The notes under the pieces were generated by a model. The model made no database searches and had not been told where the DNA came from. It worked only from the letters and a program-made list of their open reading frames with translations. Shown here piece by piece: positions 1-11,358 of a stretch of DNA of 64,000 nt (its first letter is position 1; each line of letters opens with the position of its first letter). Made by a program: the position numbers and the translations under genes. The DNA comes from Chlorokybus atmophyticus (Eukaryota; Plantae; Mesostigma and Chlorokybus algae): contig RHPI01001921.1 in NCBI GenBank assembly GCA_009103225.1, positions 53,894 through 117,893 on the forward strand, written 5' to 3'.

Positions 1-486
1 AAGTTTGGGAGCGGGAGCACTGAGTTGGAGGGCTACTGCGACTCGGACTTTGCTGGTGACCTCAACAGCAGGAGGTCCACTACAGGCTACGCCTTCAAGC
101 TGAACGGAGGCGTGGTGAGCTGGAACAGCAGGCTGCAGCCAACAACAGCAGCATCTACATCAGAGGCTGAGTACATGGCAGCGGCAGCAGCAGTGAAGGA
201 GGCACTCTGGCTTCGCAAGCTCATGGCAGACTTGGAGCACCCCATGGCGTGCATCGTCATCAACTGTGACAACCAAGGAGCCATCAAGTTGTTGAAGCAC
301 CCTATCGCCTCGGCAAGGACGAAGCACATTGATGTCATGCATCACTTTGTGCGTGACAGAGTCACAAGGAAGGAGGTGGAGTTCCAGTACTGCAACACCG
401 AGGGCATGCTGGCGGACTTCATGACAAAGCCATTGTCACCACTCAAGTTCAAGACTTGTTGTGCAGGACTTGGCATCTGTGTTTGA
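1..486 (+). CDS. pol: Copia polyprotein C-terminus (RNase H), 5' part outside the window
   Basis: Copia RNase H motifs; TGA stop at 484-486. Confidence 0.95.
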   Translation, partial: KFGSGSTELEGYCDSDFAGDLNSRRSTTGYAFKLNGGVVSWNSRLQPTTAASTSEAEYMAAAAAVKEALWLRKLMADLEHPMACIVINCDNQGAIKLLKHPIASARTKHIDVMHHFVRDRVTRKEVEFQYCNTEGMLADFMTKPLSPLKFKTCCAGLGICV

Positions 487-952
487 CTACAGGAGCAAGC
501 GTTGGAGGTCAAGCTGCTCGTGTGGGAGTGTTGAGAGTATTCCTACATACGATCAGCATCGACCCTCCACACAGGAGTAGAAGGTCGTAAGGACGAGCAC
601 TAGGTCCGGACTTAGCAAGATGGCATCGTCGGACCAGACTCCGGACTCCAGACTGGAGCCTTACTAACTGCTTCGTATCTCCGCGTATACTTACTCATAT
701 TAGGCGTGTAAGAGCTTGTTGGAAAGCTCTGGTTGTAAGGAAGACAACACAGCTTAGAGCGCGTCAAACGGCTGAGTATAGCTTACGCAGTGCTTGCAAA
801 CGTAGACGTGTGTGTAACTGGCTGGTATAAGAACCAGCGGACAACTTGTAATAGATGAATGTGATGTGACCTGTGTATGCTCTGGTGGCGGTAGCTCTGT
901 CTCTGTGTGTCTATGCTTGCCTCAGCTACATGTGCATGCTAGTCCTTCAACA
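1..952 (+). mobile_element. Ty1/copia LTR retrotransposon, copy A (3' end: RNase H plus 3' LTR 529-952)
   Basis: ORF 25-486 matches the C-terminal 153 aa of the ORF at 4273-8244 (YCDSDFAGD, STSEAEY, DNQGAI, KHIDV) except AFK vs VFK. A 424-bp TGTTGAGAG...CCTTCAACA LTR follows a short GGGAG purine tract. Confidence 0.96.
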
Positions 953-984
953 TGAGTGCACGCTAACTCCCATTTGGGCTGATC

Positions 985-1160
985 GAGCAATGCCTCTGTC
1001 GTACCATGGATGGTACGACAGAGCCATTGCACGGCAATCGCTGGGGTTGGACGAGAGATGCCTCTGTCGTATCATAAATGTTGCGACACAACCATTATTA
1101 CCAATGGTTGTACGAAGCATGGATGGCACGAATGCATAAGTCGTACCATCAACCATGGGA
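985..1160. repeat. Cluster of short inverted/direct repeats (CTCTGTCGTACCA motif)
   Basis: Perfect hairpin CTCTGTCGTACCA-TGGA-TGGTACGACAGAG at 994-1023. Degenerate copies at ~1060-1075, ~1107-1135 and ~1141-1150. Confidence 0.75.
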
Positions 1161-1328
1161 GCAAGGACGCACTACAAGTGCGACTCTAGTGCGGGACTCT
1201 AGACGTTCCATAACCGCCTCATTTTCGTTTTCGCGCCTCGTACATTCGGGCCAGCCGGCGGCGGCAGCGTTGGAGGCGGCAGCGCCACTATCAGCTAAAC
1301 AGGCGGCACCCGACTATCAGTTGGAGAG

Positions 1329-3180
1329 ATGCCTCGTGGTCCATCTACAGGTGCACCTCGTCGTAAAGGTCGGCGCCCCAAGTCCACATTGCCCACAGTG
1401 TTCAACCAGGCAACCGTCGCCAACCAATCGCAGCAAGACCCCGCGCTAACGCCCGGCACATCACAACAACTCCACCTGACACCGCAGTCGCAAGGGCAAG
1501 CTAGACTGCATGCGTTCTTGATGCATTGTGCACGTTGCTTCTTGCTCAACTTCTAACTTGGATGCTTGCTTCTTTCATGACTAGCACAGTGACTCACTGC
1601 ATGCGTTCAAGATACACTGTGCACGTTGTTCTTCTTTTGCAACTGTGAGGGTTGCATCTTTCATGGCTGGCAGCATGACTCATGTGGTTGTGCTTGCAGA
1701 GGGTCGATTGGAACCCCCAACCCAAACGCATTTGGCCGTGACGTGGCAACCTCGGCCGTCAGCAACCCTTCCCCAAGCAAGTGGAAGATTGGCAACGAGG
1801 TAAGCACTGTGTGACACTGTGACACTGTGTGTATGTGTGTAACGGATTGTTCTTCTGTGGACAGCATTTGCGAGATGCCGTCGTCGAAGTCATAAACGGC
1901 CACTGGGTAGAGAGCCATGTTTATCCCAAGGAGGACACTACTCGTAACGTCATGTGTCAGGTGCTGTGAATGCTTCATGACCGCACTGCACCGTGACACT
2001 GACCAACCTGCCCGTGACAGGTAGTTGGCTTCGACCATGATGATGAGGCCGATGCGGCCAAGTTCTATGAGGTGTATTGGACTCCCAAAAAGTGCCCCTT
2101 CCACTGGAGTGTCGCCCTGAAGAAAGCTACGCAGGTCCGGTCTGAGAACGTCACCAAGATCAAGCATGTCCTTAAGAAGGAGTACAAGTGGACACTGTTT
2201 AACAGCAACAAGCGCAAGTGAGTTGGGTCCCTCACCACCATGTCTGCTATGCAACACTGCCTTCTTACTCAGCCTCCATACACACGTACTCATCTCGCCT
2301 ATTGTAACCGATTCAATCAGGCACATCGACGCCCTAATGGACCCCGAGACCCAAAAAGCCCCGATGCGCAACGCGCTCCAAAGTAAGTCACAGGCACTAT
2401 TCTAGCCTAGTGCAGGCTCAACTTGAACTATCTATTTCGTGCCTAATGCCTTGTCGGTATGACTGTTGCAAACAAGTCATGGCGGAGATTAGAGGTGACC
2501 GACACTGCAGACCCAGAGCGGAGGAGATACATCCATGAATGGGGCAATCCCATAATCTGGCAAATGATCGTGCAATGCTGGTCTTACGCCGTCACTACAC
2601 CTGGTCGCCGGCAGCTGACAGTCAACCACCTCGCATACCTGTTGCTTACGGTGAGCACTCTGAACTCCATCATTAGCAATTCAGGAACGCTGTAGCCCCA
2701 AACTACAGGCTTGCAGACGCGTTGCAGTGAATAGTGGCTTTCTATGCCACTAAGACATGCCTGTAAACTACGCAGGTGGAGCGCATCCTAAAGGGCAAGG
2801 ATGGAGACCCTCTCCTAGCTGCCAGCATAGATACACATGAAGAGTAACTCAGCGACATCAAAACCATGATCATGTCAATGAAGCGGGAGATTAGGCAACG
2901 GTACGCAGCCCTCCAGCCATTCCCCCTTGTGAAACGCCGCACTGCATCTTGTGTTGAATACCTGAAAGATCCCAATTGGCGCCGGCCGCAAGAGACAGCA
3001 GCTCGTGACCCGCTCGCTGAGGCAGAACGGCATTTGATTGGCTGGCACAACCGTTTGAGGAGGAAAAGCAAGCTCCGGCGTCTCCTCCACAGGCCCCAGC
3101 GCGTGGTGCTTTGTTCCGTAATGACGAGATCAGCGATGATGGAGAGGAGCTGTAGCGCAGTTGGTCCGTTTAGCTGGTAG
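1329..3180 (+). pseudogene. Spliced gene of unknown function, probably a DNA-transposon accessory ORF, with one in-frame stop
   Basis: Phase-compatible GT-AG exons give HLRDAVVEVINGHWVESHVYPKEDTTRNVMCQ|VVGFDHDDEADAAKFYEVYW...|HIDALMDPE...|SWRRLEV...WGNPIIWQMIVQCW...NHLAYLLLT|VERILKGKDG. In-frame TAA at 2845-2847. Confidence 0.6.
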
Positions 3181-3552
3181 TGTACATAGCTACAAGGCTC
3201 TTGTGACTAAGTGTTGTGCATCTTAAACCAGCTCAGTCAATTGTCATTATGCTCATGCACATCAATACTTGCATCCCTATGATATACAACAGAACTGCAT
3301 TCGAGTCACATAATCGAACTACAAGCCTTGGCAAGTGACTGAAAGACACTGTACATATTTCAGGTACATGTACACAGCACAGGCACATAACAATGCTGGA
3401 AGTCAGTGACAGTCGCGTGTAGTTAAGCTATGCAAATACATATGCCGACAGTTAGGCATTAGTCACCTTCAGTTGTTAAAGAATGCCTTATTTTGTCGAT
3501 AATTACCTAGTTGGTGCTTGTGAATTAGGCTTAGTCGCCTGCGCTGGACTGG

Positions 3553-3806
3553 TGTGTAACCTGCAGGTGCCTGTCACATAGGCTGAGTCACCTAAGTAAG
3601 ACTGATGTGTAACTTACAGGTGCCCGTTGATTAGTTGTAGTCACCTAATAAGGCCAGATGTGTAACTAACAGTTGCCTGTAAATTACACAAAGTCATTTG
3701 TTAAGGCCTGATGTGTGACTAACAGGTTCCCTTTAATTATATAAAGTCACCTGTTAAGGCCTGATAGGTAACTAACAGGCGCCTGTTAGTTAGGCATAGT
3801 CAACTG
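3553..3806. repeat. Degenerate 53-bp tandem array, interrupted by the Copia insertion
   Basis: Units start at 3553, 3606, 3659, 3712 and 3765 (TGTGTAAC(T/C)...CAGG...GTCAC...TAAGGCC). The register resumes at ~8717-8740 after the TSD. Confidence 0.85.
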
Positions 3807-4272
3807 TGTTGAAGGACTAGCATGCACATGTAGCTGAGGCAAGCATGGATACACACGGACAGAGCTACCGCCACCAGAGCATACACAAGTCACATCACAT
3901 TCATCTATTACAAGTTGTCCGCTGGTTCTTATACCAGCCAGTTACACACACGTCTACGTTTGCAAGCACTGCGTAAGCTATACTCAGCCTTTTGACGCGC
4001 TCTAAGCTGCGTTGTCTTTCTCACAACCAGAGCTTTCCAACAAGCTCTTACACGCCTAATATGAGTAAGTATACGCGGAGATACGAAGCAGTTAGTAAGG
4101 CTCCAGTCTGGAGTCCGGAGTCTGGTCCGACGATGCCATCTTGCTAAGTCCGGACCTAGTGCTCGTCCTTACGACCTTCTACTCCTGTGTGGAGGGTCGA
4201 TGCTGATCGTATGTAGGAATACTCTCAACACTCCCACGCGAGCAGCTTGACCTCCAACGCTTGCTCCTGTAG

Positions 4273-7200
4273 TCAAACACAGATGCCAAGTCCTGCACAA
4301 CAAGTCTTGAACTTGAGTGGTGACAATGGCTTTGTCATGAAGTCCGCCAGCATGCCCTCGGTGTTGCAGTACTGGAACTCCACCTCCTTCCTTGTGACTC
4401 TGTCACGCACAAAGTGATGCATGACATCAATGTGCTTCGTCCTTGCCGAGGCGATAGGGTGCTTCAACAACTTGATGGCTCCTTGGTTGTCACAGTTGAT
4501 GACGATGCACGCCATGGGGTGCTCCAAGTCTGCCATGAGCTTGCGAAGCCAGAGTGCCTCCTTCACTGCTGCTGCCGCTGCCATGTACTCAGCCTCTGAT
4601 GTAGATGCTGCTGTTGTTGGCTGCAGCCTGCTGTTCCAGCTCACCACGCCTCCGTTCAGCTTGAAGACGTAGCCTGTAGTGGACCTCCTGCTGTTGAGGT
4701 CACCAGCAAAGTCCGAGTCGCAGTAGCCCTCCAACTCAGTGCTCCCGCTCCCAAACTTGATGCCAACTGTTGCGCTCCCAGCAACATAGCGTAGTACTCC
4801 CTTTGCTGCTCTCCAGTGCTCCATGCTCGGTGCAGACATGTAGCGAGCAAGTACTCCCACAGCATGTGCAACATCGGGACGTGTGCACACTGCCAGATAG
4901 AGCATGCTGCCTACCAGCTCACCATATGGATACTGAGCCTTGTCGAGTACCTCCTCATCCTTTGCCTTGATGAGGGCAGTGCCAAGTGCCAACGGTGTGG
5001 TCTTGGTCTTCGCTTCAGTGAGCCCAAACTTGGTGACGAGTCTTCTCACCATCTGCTCCTGACTGATCTTGATTGTGCGAGCCGCCCTGTCGCGCTCAAT
5101 CACCATGCCAAGGAACCACTTGGCCTCTCCAAGATCACGAACTGAGAATGCTTGCTGTAGAGCAAGTTTCGTCTCCTGCAGGTGGTGCACCTGCCTGGCG
5201 GTGATGATGATATCATCAACATACACGAGCAGCCAGACCTTGTTGTCTGCATGGATGAAGAGCCCAGGGTCTGCAGAGGATGCGGTGAAGCCAAGTGCCT
5301 CCAGCTCTTTGGTGAGCTTGATGTGCCACATACGCGGTGCCTGTCGCAGCCCGTACAGTGCCTTGATCAGCTTGCACGCTGTGCCTCTCTCCCCTTCTTC
5401 ATATCCAGGTGGTTGCTCGATGAAGATCTCCTCCTCCAGCTCTCCGTAGAGGAAGGCAGTCTTCACATCCAGGTGATGCAGCTCTAGGTCTTCAGCAGCA
5501 ACCATAGCTAGCAGTGCACGGAAGGTGGTATGCTTACTTGCAGGTGCAAACACTTCGTTGAAGTCCACACCTTCCTGCTGCAAGAAGCCCTTTGCCACCA
5601 GTCTTGCCTTGTAGCGCTCAATGTTGCCCTGACCATCACGCTTCACCTTGAAGACCCATTTCACTGGAATGGTCTTCACTCCTTGCGGTAACTGCTCCAG
5701 TGACCAAGTGTTGTTGGCATGGAGTGACGCAATCTCCTCGTCCATAGCACGCTGCCATTGCTCCGCATCTGGTGCTAACAATGCCTCCTCGTAGGTGCTT
5801 GGCTCCTCATTCTGCACACTGGCGACGTGTGCCTTGTGTAGGAAGTCAGGTGCCTTTCTCTCCCTCACTGGGTATCTCCGAGCTGCGTGCTCCTGCTGCA
5901 GGTGCGACTGCTTGTCTGCTACAGTGGAGTCCTGCTCACCCTTATCGTCGATGATGGCCTTGCCTGTAGCCTCCACTGTTTCAGGATGCTCCGGCTGTGC
6001 TTCATCTTCAGGAAAGAAGCCTGCTTCTGGTTGTGATAATCCCTCGTGGAAAACCACCTCTCTGCTCACGATGATCTTCTGAGTGTCCTCGAGCAAGATC
6101 CTGTAAGCCTTGGAACCCGGTTCATAGCCAACGAAGATGCCCTTCTTGCTGACCGGCTCCAGCTTGTGCCTGAGCTGTTTAGGCACTAGTGCATATGCCG
6201 TGCATCCAAACACACGCATACCACTCACATCTGGTGTGGCTCCATAGAAGTGCTCCCACGGAGTCTTCTGCTCTGAGCTCACCGGAGACCTGTTGCGGAT
6301 GTAGTTGGCAGTGAGTACCGCCTCCTTCCACAAACTGTCTTCCATCTTTGTGTCGTTGAGCATGGCTCGAACACGCTCCAAGAGTGTCCTGTTGAGGCGT
6401 TCAGCTGCTCCATTCTGCTGCGGGGTGTAGGGTGCCGTTGTCTCGTGGCGTATGCCCTTGCTGGCGAAGAACTCCTTCAACTCCTTGTTGATGTACTCCC
6501 CTCCTCGATCACTCCTCATTGCCTTCATCTTGTTGCCAGACTGGGTCTCCAACAAGGCCACAACTGTGCGCACAGCTCCAGCAACTTCTGACTTGAGCGT
6601 CAATGGAAAGATGATGGACAGCTTGCTGTAGTCGTCGAGGAATGTAGCAAAGTACCTGGCCCCTCCCTTCGCCACAATGCGCATAGGGCCACAGACATCC
6701 ATGTGCACAAGCTCGCAAGGATGCTGACTGCTAGAAGAGGATGATGGGAATGGCATAGCATGCTGCTTTGCAACCAGGCATGGTTCACAAAGTGCACCTG
6801 ATGCTGTCTTGAGTTCTTCTGTGCTGAGATGGATGCCCTTGACCATCTTCTCAGCGACAAGGCGAGTGAGGTTGACGTAGCTGAGATGCCCGAACCTTCG
6901 ATGCCACAATGTTGGCGACTCCTTGTCCTTCACCACCATGGCTTGAATGTCTCTGTCTTGAGGCTGCTCCACGTGGTAGAGCCCTCCCGGATCAGCGATT
7001 CCAACCATGTGCACGACCCCATCAAGGATGACTGAGCAGCCACCCTTCCGAAATAGGATCTCCGCGCCTAAGCGCTCCGCAACCCTCACAGAGAATAGAC
7101 TCGCAATAGCCTTAGGAACATGCAGGACGTTGCGTAACAACACCTCGCGTAGTGTGTTACCAACCTTGCACTGGAGTCGTACGTTGCCAACTCCCTCAGC

Positions 7201-8160
7201 CACCAGTACTTCGCCACCGAAGCCCGCCACCTTGATTGTGGACGTCAGCTTCCTGTAGCCCTCCATCACCTCCTTGTTTGGTGTGAGATGACGATCGCAG
7301 CCAGAGTCCACCACCCAGAAAGCTGTGCCCGCCCTCGAACTGGATGCAGTGAAGGCGACATGTTTCTCCTTGTGTTGGTGCTCGTTGCCGCTGTTGCTGG
7401 TGCTTGCTCTAGGTTGCCCCTGTTGTTTCTTCCTACAGTCCTTCACAATGTGCCCCTTCCAACCACACCAGTGGCATGTGAGGTCTTTGTGACGAGGATT
7501 GCCTGGCTTGTTGCCCTTGTACTTCTCTTCATGGTTGCTCTTCTTTGCGTGCTTGCCGGTGTAGAAGGCGACGGCATCCGCTTGCTCGTCCTTCTTCACA
7601 ACCCTCTGCTCCACGGTGAGCAGCTTCGGTAGCACATCGTCCAACGTCAACTCCGATGATGACGTCTCCAGCAGGGTTGCGACGACCTCGTACTCTGCTG
7701 GTAGCCCTGCAACAATGGCCAGCACTACCTCCGTCTCCCCCATGTTGTGGCCGACGTTGATGAGGTCCGCCCACAGCTCTCTCGCGCGCGCAACATACTT
7801 TGTGATGGGTTCTGCTGCCTCCTTCCTGAGTGCGCTGAGCTGCTTGCGTAGATGCAACTTTCTGGCATTGTTCTTGGCTCTGAAAACGGCTGATAGCTTT
7901 TCCCAAGCTTGTCTACCATCTTCACATGCAGTGAGCATGGGAAAGTGATGCGGTTTGCTGTTCAACACAAGCAAAGAGTGTGCTTCTGCTGAATGCTCTG
8001 ACCACACAGTGTTCGCTCCTGGTGTTGGTGGTGGTGCCTTCGGATCAACGTACTTCCACACCTTCTTGTGGATGAGCAAGGCCTTCATCTCCACGCACCA
8101 TGTGTTGTAGTTGTCGGTGTCCAGCTTTGCAATCTGCCCCTTGTCGTAGGTCGCCTCCAT
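4273..8160 (-). CDS. gag-pol: Copia Gag-Pol polyprotein (Gag, CCHC knuckle, protease, integrase, RT, RNase H), about 1295 aa from the first ATG
   Basis: CHWCGWKGHIVKDC; VVDSGCDRH; WHRRFGH; HMDVCGP, RSDRGGEY, QQNGAAER; YKARLVAKG, LLVYVDDII; YCDSDFAGD. Domain order PR-IN-RT-RH. Confidence 0.98.
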   Translation of the reverse strand: MEATYDKGQIAKLDTDNYNTWCVEMKALLIHKKVWKYVDPKAPPPTPGANTVWSEHSAEAHSLLVLNSKPHHFPMLTACEDGRQAWEKLSAVFRAKNNARKLHLRKQLSALRKEAAEPITKYVARARELWADLINVGHNMGETEVVLAIVAGLPAEYEVVATLLETSSSELTLDDVLPKLLTVEQRVVKKDEQADAVAFYTGKHAKKSNHEEKYKGNKPGNPRHKDLTCHWCGWKGHIVKDCRKKQQGQPRASTSNSGNEHQHKEKHVAFTASSSRAGTAFWVVDSGCDRHLTPNKEVMEGYRKLTSTIKVAGFGGEVLVAEGVGNVRLQCKVGNTLREVLLRNVLHVPKAIASLFSVRVAERLGAEILFRKGGCSVILDGVVHMVGIADPGGLYHVEQPQDRDIQAMVVKDKESPTLWHRRFGHLSYVNLTRLVAEKMVKGIHLSTEELKTASGALCEPCLVAKQHAMPFPSSSSSSQHPCELVHMDVCGPMRIVAKGGARYFATFLDDYSKLSIIFPLTLKSEVAGAVRTVVALLETQSGNKMKAMRSDRGGEYINKELKEFFASKGIRHETTAPYTPQQNGAAERLNRTLLERVRAMLNDTKMEDSLWKEAVLTANYIRNRSPVSSEQKTPWEHFYGATPDVSGMRVFGCTAYALVPKQLRHKLEPVSKKGIFVGYEPGSKAYRILLEDTQKIIVSREVVFHEGLSQPEAGFFPEDEAQPEHPETVEATGKAIIDDKGEQDSTVADKQSHLQQEHAARRYPVRERKAPDFLHKAHVASVQNEEPSTYEEALLAPDAEQWQRAMDEEIASLHANNTWSLEQLPQGVKTIPVKWVFKVKRDGQGNIERYKARLVAKGFLQQEGVDFNEVFAPASKHTTFRALLAMVAAEDLELHHLDVKTAFLYGELEEEIFIEQPPGYEEGERGTACKLIKALYGLRQAPRMWHIKLTKELEALGFTASSADPGLFIHADNKVWLLVYVDDIIITARQVHHLQETKLALQQAFSVRDLGEAKWFLGMVIERDRAARTIKISQEQMVRRLVTKFGLTEAKTKTTPLALGTALIKAKDEEVLDKAQYPYGELVGSMLYLAVCTRPDVAHAVGVLARYMSAPSMEHWRAAKGVLRYVAGSATVGIKFGSGSTELEGYCDSDFAGDLNSRRSTTGYVFKLNGGVVSWNSRLQPTTAASTSEAEYMAAAAAVKEALWLRKLMADLEHPMACIVINCDNQGAIKLLKHPIASARTKHIDVMHHFVRDRVTRKEVEFQYCNTEGMLADFMTKPLSPLKFKTCCAGLGICV

Positions 8161-8273
8161 TTCTGTCGAGCCTGCCTTTCTTGCAGTTGACACCCAAGGC
8201 TCTGCTACCAACAAGCTACCGTAGTGTAGAACTACTATGCACACAAGCTAGTCTCACACTCCTCAAGCGTAGT

Positions 8274-8287
8274 GTGGGCCCATAACC
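8274..8287 (-). promoter_or_regulatory. Primer-binding site complementary to the anticodon-arm region of tRNA-iMet (half-tRNA priming)
   Basis: Minus strand reads GGTTATGGGCCCAC directly after the 5' LTR, complementary to GUGGGCCCAUAACC of plant-type initiator tRNA. Confidence 0.88.
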
Positions 8288-8889
8288 TGTTGAAGGACTA
8301 GCATGCACATGTAGCTGAGGCAAGCATGGATACACACGGACAGAGCTACCGCCACCAGAGCATACACAAGTCACATCACATTCATCTATTACAAGTTGTC
8401 CGCTGGTTCTTATACCAGCCAGTTACACACACGTCTACATTTGCAAGCACTGCGTAAGCTATACTCAGCCGTTTGACGCGCTCTAAGCTGCATTGTCTTC
8501 CTTACAACCAGAGCTTTCCAACAAGCTCTCACACGCCCAATATGAGTAAGTATACGCGGAGATACAAAGCAGTTAGTAAGGCTCCAGTCTGGAGTCCGGA
8601 GTCTGGTCCGACGATGCCATCTTGCTAAGTCCGGACCTAGTGCTCGTCCTTACGACCTTCTACTCCTGTGTGGAGGGTCGATGCTGATCGTATGTAGGAA
8701 TACTCTCAACAAACTGTTAAAGACTAGACTGTAACAAAAAGGGCCTCATAGTAACGGGAGTTACTATTAGGTCCCTGTATCAAGATTACAGGTGGCCTGA
8801 GCCACGACAGTCTAAATTAGTGTCCTCAGGTGCACGGCCGTTGCCAATATTTAGTCGGCCGGCAGGGAAAACATATTGCGACGATATGT

Positions 8890-8978
8890 GTACATATATA
8901 TATATATATGTACATATATAATCATGTATGTACATATTTACATATATGTATATATGTTTACATATATACATATATATG
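8890..8978. repeat. (TA)n-rich compound microsatellite
   Basis: Interrupted TA/TACA/TATG runs. Confidence 0.9.
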
Positions 8979-8999
8979 TGTTAAATGCGGGGAGGTTGT

Positions 9000-10600
9000 G
9001 ATGATCTTATCATAGCCTAGACCAATGAAGTGAAATTGAAAGTTAAAGCAGCAGTTGTAGTCCTCCACCTGCAGTCCTTGGCAATCAACCCCTCTGCACC
9101 TACCATAGACCGCATCAGATCGCACCTGATTGGTGAGATACATACCGAAGAGTTGCGCGAAGCACACTCCCTTATAGAGTTGCATGCACGTGCAAACAGA
9201 GCACATCAGCAAAACACCCACAAGCACATGATGCGTGGGTGCTGACAAATGTTGACAAATGCTGTAGTGTCTTTGCCATCCTATGCAAGGGGTATTACTT
9301 GTCTCTACGATGCGGGCTGAGTTACTAACTGCTGCATATGAGCTAATACACGAAACCAAGGACCAGGTATTGCAGTGCCATGCACAGTTTCGCCAAGCAC
9401 ATGGCTACAAGGCCACCACACAGGCAGCAAAACGTCTACCTCACATGTATATGATGCTGAAACTACATAAAGAACCCCCTAAACCACCCTTTTTGCAGCA
9501 GCACACAAGACCTCTTTGTAAGTTATTAGTGGCTGGCTCACTTGAGCATACAAAGTGTTATTGTCAGTGTTTAGCAAAATTTGGGCTAGTGATGTGGTAG
9601 TATCGGGAGTGGCCCTAAGTTGGGTGCTGCAGGACTCATTGGGAGTGCAACCATTAGTACAACATTGGAACACCTCCCACGTGATGAGAGATAAGCTAGT
9701 GCCTGTGATAATGGCGTCATATGACTAAACAAACTTGTATACAAACATATGCCATGCAGACTCATTAACTTGTTGGTCACAGCTTGCGAATGAACTTTTT
9801 GCCTTTGTGGCACAAAAGTGCTACTGTATTAAAACCAATTTTTGTCAAAGGGTGCCTTGCAGCACCAGTGGGTGCGTCATCGAGCCAGGATGACACAGCA
9901 AATGTCAAGTTCTACACCACGGCCTCTAAGACAGCGTTGGTGTTCTTGCTGGCTAACTTGATTGTCACCGCAGGTGACATGCAACATAAAGATGCCATTG
10001 AAATACATATGGGAGATAATGCTGGCGTTCACTTGGCAAGTTACTACTAGGGGTCCAAGGAGCTGCGATTTGTTCGCGCCCTTCAAGCTTAAGGCCTTAC
10101 GAATCTGCTGTGCAAATTGTGCACACCGTAAGGAGGTATGTGGATGATGATGTGCTTGTTATTAACTTGCCCGAGTTCATAGATGTCACGTATGCAAGTG
10201 ATGCATTGCTGGGTGGTGGCATCCATCCGCACTATACACGAACGCTGACTCTGTCAGCATCGGGTACATCTATCTACTTCTTGGATAGAAAAAACATGTT
10301 TCCAAACACTTGACATTGCGTTGTGCTCACGGGTGTATTGCAAAATGAATGAGTTGCAGTTTGCTAATATCCCACGGCGGAGAGCCCCACACCGAAGCAT
10401 CAACATCTTAAAGCAAGTTAAGTTGAGAGAAGTTGTATATAATGCATATGTTGTCTCTGCGTGAGTACATACAAATTACGCTTCTTACGTGAAATGGCTG
10501 CGCTGCTGGTGGCCACGCAGAGGGAAGGACATGCTAAGAGTGCACTGGCCTCTAAGTACGCAAGTGGATGTACAATCAGACGGGGAGGGTGTACGACACA
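9000..10600 (+). pseudogene. Degraded Penelope-like retroelement reverse transcriptase (Naiad/Chlamys-like)
   Basis: Motifs in order across frameshifts: RLPHMYMMLKLHK..PKP.F; WVLQDS; SYD*TNLYTNICH; IHMGDNAGVHLASYY; RRYVDDDVLVIN; IYFLD. Many stops. Confidence 0.82.
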
Positions 10601-11072
10601 ACGTACAAACAATTGTTCAAGATGGTTTGCATGCGATGGGAAGCGAGCATGGCATACACGTAATCAACACACAGGCAAGTCAGGTAAGTAACACGTAGGT
10701 GTGTGTGGGGAGCGGTTCTTCTGTCCACATGTATGTCGCGGGGCTTGGGCATGACTTGTGCATGACATGTTTATGACCGTGCCTGTTATGTCAATGGCAT
10801 GCTTGGGTAATTGTGGTGGTAGCTATGCGTACAGACATGCAGTGGTAAGACCCAAAGAACAGCGTGAAGTGTTGGCGGCGAATATGTCATGGCGGGGGCC
10901 GAGTCGTCGTCATCATCATGTATGCTGGGCGGCAGCACGGACACAAGGCCTAACCTCTACTTCTGCCTCTCATGTGCCCTCTGCAGGTTGTTGCCATTGT
11001 TGAGTCTCTACTGTTTTTGCTTCCCCTGCTGCTTGAGGGTATAGCTAGCTGTCTATGTTGAGTTAGTGGGTT

Positions 11073-11358
11073 GGTCCTAGCATAACAGCTCTGCCTTGGC
11101 CCCGCCTAATTGAGTGCTGTGCTTGCTGTTCTGCTCTATGCTGCTGTCGTGCAATTTGTGCACAATATCTTCGAGTGTGCCTAGCGCAGCTCCTATGTGA
11201 TCTTTATATATATGTGGTCCTAGCATAACAGCTCTGGCTTGGCCCCCGCCTAATTGAGTGCTGTGCTTGCTGTTCTGCTCTAAGCTGTTGTGATTTGCAT
11301 TGTGCACGATATCTTTGAGTGTGCCTAGCGCAGCTCTTATGTTAACTTTATATATATG
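11073..11358. repeat. Tandem duplication of ~143 bp
   Basis: GGTCCTAGCATAACAGCTCTG...TTTATATATATGT starts at 11073 and again at 11216, with scattered substitutions. Confidence 0.92.

Larger units (their letters stand above)
3807..8711 (-). mobile_element. Complete Ty1/copia LTR retrotransposon, copy B
   Basis: 424-bp LTRs at 3807-4230 and 8288-8711 with TG...CA ends, 5-bp TSD AACTG (3802-3806 and 8712-8716), and one uninterrupted gag-pol ORF. Confidence 0.98.

Noticed and set aside
3553-3806. 53-bp periodic array as a CRISPR
   Set aside because: Whole units are degenerate copies of each other with no unique spacers, no cas genes, and a eukaryotic context.
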